Origin: the human T2T-CHM13v2.0 reference genome, Homo sapiens
DNA length: 64,000 nucleotides
Reading direction: 5' to 3' (one strand)
Assembly: GCF_009914755.1 (NCBI RefSeq)
Contig: NC_060937.1
Position numbers and translations under genes: made by a program. This document shows, piece by piece, positions 54,581 through 64,000 of this stretch (positions within the stretch are counted from its first letter, which is position 1; every line of letters begins with the position of its first letter). The notes under the pieces are model-generated. The model was given only the letters and a program-made list of their open reading frames with translations, ran no database searches and was not told where the DNA came from.

Positions 54581-56959
54581 CTTCTCAACCAATTGAAAGC
54601 CTCTACTTGCCTCTTCCCAGCCTCATGCAAGGCACCCAATAAGAGATCAAAACATGTCTGTTCCCTTTCTGTTTTCTTTGAAGACTTAGCAGCGCATTCC
54701 ATATAACACTTGTTTGGCGGTAACTCACATACTATCATGTGACATATCTTCCACTGTTTTTCAAATTAAAGATACTGGAATGTATCAACAACAAACACTA
54801 AAAGTATACAATTTGCCATTCTAGGAAACAGCCCACATAGCTTTTTGAGGACAACAGTTTCTTTCTGTGATAGTTAGATCATAATGGCAAAAAGAAAGCA
54901 CCAATTAGAATTCCTCTTTACAATTTTAATTTCATCTAATATTCTATTCCTGACTAGTTATGTGCTCATAGTCTAGGGTAATATTAATGTTGGGTGCATT
55001 TCCAAAGGTTCAAGGCAGACGTCAGTCACGACCCTTACTCGTGATTGTGGACATGAGGGTAAATGACAGATTTGCATTGGTGGGAAATGCTGAGGCTAAG
55101 CTGGGGTTGGATGTCTAGAGTGAATGGCCAAATTGGCAGGAGGACCCTGAGCAGATCAAATGTTTTCAGTCAGGCTCATTTGCACAGCCAGTGAGAGAAA
55201 CAAAAGAATCTGAGCTTGCTTATTGAATGTTGAAGGTTAAGGAAGGGATAGGTAAGCTGCTAAAGGAGGAAACTGAGGAAGCCTGTTCTCTAAAAATCTG
55301 TGGTTTAGATCACTTAGCTGAAGATCTCAGGTCAGATGTACACTCATGGGTTTCTTAACCAATAATGGAGGTCTGAGAGCCCAAAGATGATAGGTGGACT
55401 TGTAAATGGCTCAGCTAGGGCGTATTCTGAGTTAAGTAACACACAGATGAGTCCTGGCTCTGGAGATGTTTGAGCAGAAAGGTTCAGAAGAACCACATCT
55501 AACATGGTGATGGAGTTGAGATGAGACACTTAGCGGGAGAGATGTAAGAAAGCCACTCATCAACATTCGGGAGAAAATCTTTTATTAAGAAAAAGACAGT
55601 CTTTATATAAATGCTCCTATTATACAATTGTCCAAAAAGTTGTGAAATTAACTTAGTAGTTAAACATTCTGCTGTACCTAAAATAGCAAAACAACAAACA
55701 CAGTTTGCTCAGCTTTTCCACGTTGGAAAAAAAGAAACACTGCATCAATTCAACCCATAATTTCAGCCTGTGCTCACAGGTTGTGTCTGCACCGAAGGAG
55801 CGATCTGAATGATAGGTTTTACTGCTGGTCATTTCAGCCATTCAGAAAGTGCTCCAGCCTGGCCCCTGCTGTGAGGAAAGACTGTGTCTAAACCACTGCA
55901 GCTGAATCAACGGACTAAAAAATTCTGTGAACCCAATTAGCTGTGGCATAGCTCTTTGAGTAAGCCACACAGTTGAGACATAGTGTCGTCTCTGCCACTC
56001 ATCCAGCAGTGGCGAATGCCTAACCATTGACAGTGACTGCGCTGTGCTGCCCTTGTTCAGGTCACCCACAGGACAGGCATACTCTCCTTCACTTTTCAAA
56101 TACTAAAGTGAAAATAAATATTGCCCGGCGAAAGGTATCAATTGAGAATGTGGAATGGGGAACAAACAAGGAATCATTGCCTAGCGATGACAGCCTGGAA
56201 AAACAAAATTTTGGATGTAGGTGCTTTCATTTTTCAATGATACTAGTTAATCCTGCTCCCCTTCTCCCAGAAATACACCGCTTTATTCAGTTCTGTGCTC
56301 AGCCTACAGGTCCAACCTCGTCCCTAGTGCCATGCACACCGGCTATTTCCCTTCCCATTTTGGACAGAAAACAAAGTGTTCAGGAAGACCCTACTGAGTT
56401 ACGAGTTTTATAACAATAACACTCAATTACAATAGTAAAATTTTTTTACCAATTTGTGGAGTTCCTTTCCTTATAGTGTTGATGCAATTTTTTTAAAGCC
56501 AACACTACCAAGAAAATGTATCACTATAATTAGTTTTTTATTCAATTTAAAGGCTTTAAAAAATAACGTTTGTCCTGACAAAATAACCAAATGTTGATCA
56601 CCTATATATTTTCAGTTTCAAAAGAAAATGTTTTTGCCTTCCCCCAGGGCCTCTGCATAAGGTGAGAGTGTGATGATGACTCAGACTGGGCTTCTGTTTG
56701 AGTAACTGTTACTCTCCTGCCCAGGTGGGTTTCCCAAATTGACATTCCTTTCACATTTCTCACAAAAGCCATGGAATCAAAGTGGTATTTGGTCAGAAGT
56801 AGTGCAAGACTGAAAACTTATAGCCTGGGCAGGTATGGCTGCTTTGGAAATTGTGCGCCTTTATAAAATAAGAAAACAATGCTTCTTTTTAATAGCTTTA
56901 AAATGCTATTCCATGATATTAGAGTATTTAATGTGGAGGTGGAAGTTAAGCCAATCTGA

Positions 56960-57429
<470 letters not shown>

Positions 57430-57892
57430 TACATGCATACATTCTTTACAGGTCAGGAATAGATCATGAAGCAACATCTATACGTTTTTAGGGAACATAG
57501 CCTCCTAAATTGTGGTTTCATACTCCACAACAAAAGGGAATCTGCAGTGTTCTCTATGGAAATTGTATTAATTTGCTTCTTTTCTCCCTAAATCATATGT
57601 TTCAGTTAACTTCTATTAGCAACAAGACATTTTATATATGTAAGGACTTACAAACTATGCCACACATGCATTTCTCCTAAAAATATATTTATAAAATTGA
57701 TTGAAAGTTTAAAATGAATAAAAGTAATGCTTGCACTCCCTCTTCCCATGTTGGGGTCTCTCACATGTTAGCCCTCATAACAGTGAGGGTTGGAAGTCCC
57801 TGAAAAGAATGTTGCTCTCCACCACGTGCTCCTATAGCATCATGGACACATCTTCACGACAGCATTAATCCCTTTCAAGGGAAATGCATTCT

Positions 57893-58905
57893 CTACAAAA
57901 TAGATTTTAGTGAGGTAAAATATGCATATAAAATTTACTCTTTACCATGTTTAAATGTACAGTTCAATAGCAATAAATATATTTATGTTCTTTTTCCCCC
58001 ACTTGCCTTCTCCCCTCCCCCCTCCCTTCCTGGCCTTTGGTAACCACCATTCTCCTCTCTACCTTCATGAGATGCACTTTTTGTAGCTCCCACATATGAG
58101 GGTGAACGTATGATATTTGTCTTTCTGTGCCTGGTTTATTCCACTTAACATAATGGCCTCCAGTTCCATCCAAGTTGCTGCAAATAACAGGATTTCATTC
58201 ATTTTTATGGCTGAATTATATTCCATTGTATATATGTACTCCAATTTCTTAATCCATTCATCTGTTGATGGGTATTTAGGTTGATTCCATACCTTGGCTA
58301 TTGTGAATAGCACTGTAATAAACATGTGAGTGTAGATACCTCTTTGATATAGTGATTTCCTTTCTTTTGGATATATATCCAGTAATGGGATTGCTGGATC
58401 ATATAGTAGTTTTATTTTTAGTTTTCTGAGGAACCTCCAAACTGTTCTCCATAGTGATTGTACAAATTTACATTCCAACCAGTAGTGAATGAGGGTTCTC
58501 TTTCTCCATATCCTTGTCAGCGTCTGTTATTGTCTGTCTTCTTGATATAAGCCATTTTAACAGGGTGAGATGATATCTCATTGTGGTTTTGGTTTGCATT
58601 TCTCTGATGATTAGTAATGTTGAGCATTTTTTCATATACCTGTTGGCCATTTGTATGTATTCTTTTGAGAAATGTCTGTTCAAATCTTTTGCCCATTTTT
58701 AAATCAGATTTTTTGATTTTTTCCCATTCAGTTGCTTGAGCTCCTTATATATTCTCATTATTAATCCCTTGTCAAACGGATGGTTTGTAAATATTTTCTC
58801 CCATTGGGTGGGTTGTCTCTTTACTTTGTTGATTGTTTCCTTTGTTGTGCAGAAGTTTTTTGGCTTGATGTAATCTTAATTGTCTATTTTTGCTTTGATT
58901 GCCTG
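57893..58905 (-). mobile_element. L1MA-like 3' end, non-inverted segment
   Basis: ORF2 C-terminal peptide [15 protein letters not shown]...MFITVLFTIAKVWNQPKYPSTDEWIKK on the minus strand. Confidence 0.92.
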
Positions 58906-58907
58906 GA

Positions 58908-59639
58908 GTTTACACCAACAGCAAACAATCTGAAAAAGAAACCAATAAAGCAATTCCACTTATTATAGCTACAAAAATATAAAATACCTAGGAATCAGTC
59001 TAATCAAAGAAGTGAAAGATCTAGACAAGAAAAACTATAAAACAATCCTTCTGAGAGGAATATTGAAGAGGACACAATAAGTGGAAAGAAAGTTCATGCT
59101 CATGGACTAGAAAAATTAATATTGTTAAGACAATACTATCCAAAGTAATTTACAGATTCATTGCAATCCTTATCAAAATACCACTGACTTTCCTCAAAGA
59201 AATAGAAAAAAATCCAAAAATTTATATGGAATTTATTTGATAAATAGCCAAAGCAATCCTGAGCAAAAAGAACAAAGTTGGAAGCATCACACTACCTGAG
59301 TTCAAAATTCATTATAAAGCCATAGTAACCAAAATAGTATGGTACTGGCATAAAAACAGGCATCGGAACAATGGAACAGAATAGAGAATCCAGATATGAA
59401 AACAGGTATTTACAGCCAACTCATCTTCAACAAAGTCGCCACAAACATACAATGGTGAAAACATAGTCTTCAATAAATGGTGCTGGGAAAACTGGATATC
59501 CATATGCAGAAGAATGAAACTAAACCCCTATCTCTCATCATACTCATAAATCAAATCAAAATAGATTAAAGACTTAAATCTAAGACATGAAACTATATGA
59601 ACAAAACAGTGGGGAAACACTCCAAGACTTTGGTCTGGG
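58908..59639 (+). mobile_element. Inverted 5' segment of the same L1MA (twin priming)
   Basis: Sense ORF2 aaaatacctaggaat...caataaatggtgctgggaaaactggata...ttggtctggg; TSD gggaa(a/g)tgcattct at 57879-57892 and 59637-59650. Confidence 0.88.
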
Positions 59640-59689
59640 AAGTGCATTCTTATATGTTTGTTTCTTTCACTTAATTGTGAGGGTTGGGG

Positions 59690-60008
59690 GCAATATGGTA
59701 GAATGTCAGGGTTGGGTTTAAATCCAATCTAGGCTATGGTTTAGTTTTGAGATTGAGGTTAAGCTATATAACCTCCCCAAATCTCCATTTTATCACTTGC
59801 TTAGAAAAAGATAGATTAATAATACCTCCCTATATCACAGGATTGAATATGGAATGGACATGAACTTACCTGCTATATGTTAGGTGCTCTGGAAATGAGA
59901 ATGTTTACACCTAATTTTTAGTGTTATTTATCTTTTATGCTTCAGTCTCTATCTGCCCTAAGTAAGGAGTGTAATAAATGTATGTTGAACGAATAAACTG
60001 ATGAATAG
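59690..60008 (+). mobile_element. MIR followed by an L2 tail fragment
   Basis: gggtttaaatcc, aataatacctccc; aataaatgtatgttgaacgaataaa. Confidence 0.5.
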
Positions 60009-61175
60009 AGGGTGAAGAAGGAGTCATCAGGTTTTGCTTTGAAGGAGTTTGCCTGGAAGATATTTTCTTCTTTTTCCCCCAGCCAGCATTCCTCACTCAA
60101 ATTCCTAATACTTTCCAGTGCTTATATAGTGTTAGCATGTGGGCAGGTGGACTGGAATGAAATGGCAGTGGCTTTTGACCATCCAGTGCCTACTTTTGAG
60201 TTGGTTAATTAGTCAACTGAGTTAGTTAGAAACCACTGTTTTGTATGTTAAGCTTAAATCCACTAAAATGGGGGAAAATGTATTTCTCAAAATTATTGCT
60301 GACAGGTATAAAGAAAAGCTTACAGCATTCCAGAAAGTGTCCCCAGCTAGCCCACTGGTGGCGAACTCTTGGCTCTGTGCTGTAGAAACCTTCAAGGAGG
60401 CTGGAGAAAGATGAATCTCCACTCCCCATCCACCATGTTGTAATACCAAGTGCTTTCCGTAAGCATTTTTTAAGCTAAAAGACAAACTTACACATCAGTC
60501 ATTGTTATTTCATTAGTTCTCCCCTTCAAAATAACCTATTTCTTTCTCTGTGTCTTTTTTGCCTGTTGCTCTAAGAGCAGGTGATGAAAGAGAAGCCTCC
60601 CCAAAGAAGATTAAAACACGATTTGTTATGAAACTTCTAGTTTTCCATGGTTAAATGCTATTCAGAATACAGGTAAAGACACAAGGAGTTTCCCTGTTGT
60701 TTGCCAAGCCCAAAGCCGCAGACAGATGAGAGGGGCAGAACATGAGCAATGAGGGAATGTGGGCTGAGGGATTCCATGTTTAGACAGATGGCTTTAGGCA
60801 GTAGGGCAAGCCAGAGAAAGCAAGAGCCTGCCTGGAGCACCAGGCCCCAGGAGAGTAAGCAGAGACGTTTGCATCAACCATTTGAGGTCATGGGGAGAAT
60901 CAAGTATGAAGACAGGATTCTCAGTCATCATCAACCGCAAAGTGTCACTAGGAAAAGAGAGTGGCTTTAGTCATCCACTGGATAAATGGCTTATTTTTCT
61001 TGAAGAAGAGCATTTATGAGAATGAAGTCATGTGGAAAAGGATGTCAAAATAAGAAGCAGTAGTGATAGATCTGGCTGGGTGCAAGTGGTGATGGGCTGG
61101 TAATCTGGCTTCCTTGTTATCTCCTGACCATTATGTGTTCTTGGTCTAGAATTGGCTTACTAACTAGGTTTATTT

Positions 61176-61526
<351 letters not shown>

Positions 61527-61974
61527 ACTAACTAGGTTTATTTCATATGTCAAAGAATCTGATGATTGATTACTGATGTCTGCCCCAGGATCAGAAAGAC
61601 GAATTGTAGTATTCATGCTATTTCCTGGCCTCCCAGGTGCAGAACTTAACCTCCTTAGGCTTTACTTTCCTCATCTTGAGAATGATGCCAACTACAGCTA
61701 TGTGAATTATTCTAAAACTAAGGTCTAACCAGTGAGAGTATTGTTTGAGGGTTATTGTGAGTACACTGAGTTCACTTGTTTATAAAACCATTTTCAGCAT
61801 TCAAGTAAATGAAAGTTTTCAACCTTCAATATAATTCACCATAACTCACTCACTGTATGTTTTTCTCTTTCTTTTCATTTTGGGTATATATTAGAAATCC
61901 CAAAATACCACAACTAAAATGTTAAACACAATAAAACCTTAGGTTCATTGTTCCTGCATGTCCTATTCTTGTTT

Positions 61975-62287
61975 TTTTGTTGTTTTTTTTTTTTTTTTTT
62001 TGAGACGGAGTCTTGCTCTGTCACCCAGGGTGGAGTGCAGTGGCGCGGTCTCGGTTCACTGCAAGCTCGCCTCCCGGTTCACGCCGTTCTCCTGCCTCAG
62101 CCTCCCGAGTAGCTGGGACTACAGGCACCTGCCACCACGCCCAGCTACTTTTTTTTTTTTTTTATTTTTAGTGGAGACAGGGTTTCACCATGTTAGCCAG
62201 GATGGTCTTGATCTCCTGACCTCGTGATCCGCCCGCCTCCGCCTCCCAAAGTGCTGGGATTACAGGCGTGAGTCACCATGCCTGGCC
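61975..62287 (-). mobile_element. AluY
   Basis: ctgcaagctc, ggttcacgcc, gttagccaggatggtc, cctgacctcgtgatcc; TSD tattcttgttt at 61964 and 62288. Confidence 0.95.
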
Positions 62288-63214
62288 TATTCTTGTTTAT
62301 ACTTATAATTTTTTAAAGACATTGAACAAATTCAGATTAGTAATGAGCTCACAAAAGGACTGGAAGACCTGAAAAGAGTAAGTGAAAGAACAGAGTAAGT
62401 GAAAATAAGGTACTAGTCAAGCCCTCAAAGTACAGATATTCAATGGGGACGTACTTTCTGTTCTTCTGAACTCCAAGCACATGGCAAAATTAGCAAAACA
62501 TAGAGAAGAAAAAATTCTGTTTTAATTTTCTTCCTCCAGTAAACACTTTATTTCAGTTTTTCTCAAATTGGGTCTGCAGATATATTTTGAAGCTTTGTGA
62601 TTTTTTTTCTTTAAAAGTTGTTCCCCAATTACTCACATTTAGAAACATTGCTTTACTAAAATCTTAAAATATGAAATATTTCAAATCTCAGAAAATAATG
62701 CAACAGATATCAAGAGAGCCCATCAATCAAATTGGGAGGATTTACTGTATTGTTTCTGATCTCCAATTTTTTAATGGAATACAAAACTTACGTATGTAAT
62801 TAAAGCCACTCTGCAGGCTTCCTTTCTCTCTTCTTCCCACTTTAGATGTAGCTGCTAACTTGTTGAATTCACTTTGTGGCTTCATAGACTTTTTTTCTAT
62901 GGTGGCATTTCATTAAGTTGTATCAAGCATTCACTTTTTTTCACTGCAAAAACGGATTAAACGCCTACTGTTCATCTATCTATTTTGGATACAAATGTGA
63001 AAGGTATTTAAGGAACAGAACAAAAGCACAGAAACGAGATTAGTGACTAAGAGATTAATTAATTGTACATTCAACAGATTTACCAAATACCCATAAAGTG
63101 CTAGTTCACAGTTTTTCAATAATGAGTGGTAAAGAACGGGTGATGGGTTGAGCAACTCTGATTCATCTAATACTAACACAGTTTTGATATTATTATCCAA
63201 ATCATAGATTAATT

Positions 63215-63400
63215 GAGAGCTGGGACTGAGAATTCTGGCTCCCTAGATTTGGCTGATGATCCTTGGCATGGCCTCGAAGAAGTCAGCAGCACTGGCTCTA
63301 CAGCTATCATTGGTGAAATATGGAGGCAATAAAACATTTTCTTCACACAGAGGCATTATTAGTATAAATAAGTTCACGTCCTTGAAACCTCTGAATGAAA
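63215..63400 (+). mobile_element. MIR-like fragment
   Basis: tgatccttggca...tgaaatatggaggcaataa; weak. Confidence 0.4.
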
Positions 63401-64000
63401 GCTCATTATATTCCAGGCTAAAGATGGAATAGAGACTATTGTTGTTAAATAGAGATGAACAAAGAACATATTATTAATTGGGGAACTTGTGTGTTGAAAA
63501 TTGGGGAGGATAATCATTCATTAGTTTAAATGAGGCTTTACATATTAATTGTAACCAATATATATTAGGTAAAATATTGAGAGAGACTGAAAAGGCCACA
63601 TATACATGCTAATGTAGGTTTGGGTTTTTAAGCACTGGGGTTTTAGTGTCTCAGTTTAGTGAAATGCCCTAAGAGCCAGAAGATTTTGAAGGCTGAATGA
63701 AAACAAGAAGTGATTGTAGTTATCAATATGAGAAACAACATCACTCCATTAATGAATGTTCAAATTGTTTCATCTTTATTGACCTCACCTTTCTAAAGTA
63801 GATAATCCTTAAGATCCTTTCTGGTACTCTAGCTTTCTTCTTTCTGAGCAAGTTATTCCTTTGCATCTATAGTCATGATAAATGTATTTGTTCAAAACAG
63901 TGTCATCAGACTTACATTGTGACCAAATGTTGGATTGAAAACAAATTTGTTGCCTTTATTTAATATTTTGATGACATAGAAGAGATTTAAAAACTATTAT

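Noticed and set aside
62375-62404. 13-bp direct repeat agagtaagtgaaa containing GTAAGT
   Set aside because: Short purine-rich slippage with weak exonic donor context

Overview
Primate (very probably human) non-coding genomic DNA. It is AT-rich, CpG-depleted and dense in repeats. I can see no protein-coding gene: the only ORF translations I recognise are decayed LINE-1 ORF1/ORF2 pieces and the usual Alu read-through peptides. The window is a layered fossil record of about 12 Alus, L1PA/L1PB/L1M fragments, MIR/L2, DNA-transposon remnants (MER2, Tigger2a, MER5, MER20, MER81) and LTRs (LTR10, two MER41A, THE1, MLT1, MLT2), plus a retroposed Y4 RNA pseudogene. Best leads: a solo LTR10 with a 28-bp AP-1 (TGACTCA) tandem array; two oppositely oriented MER41A LTRs, one on a deletion scar; three separate 5'-inverted (twin-primed) L1s, one in a triple-nested Alu/L1/Alu stack; a non-TE-looking 118-bp tandem repeat with GATA/RUNX/CRE-like sites; and a few candidate lncRNA exons. 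I do not see good evidence of a new multi-gene system. Subfamily names come from recalled consensus sequences, and boundaries of old elements are approximate.
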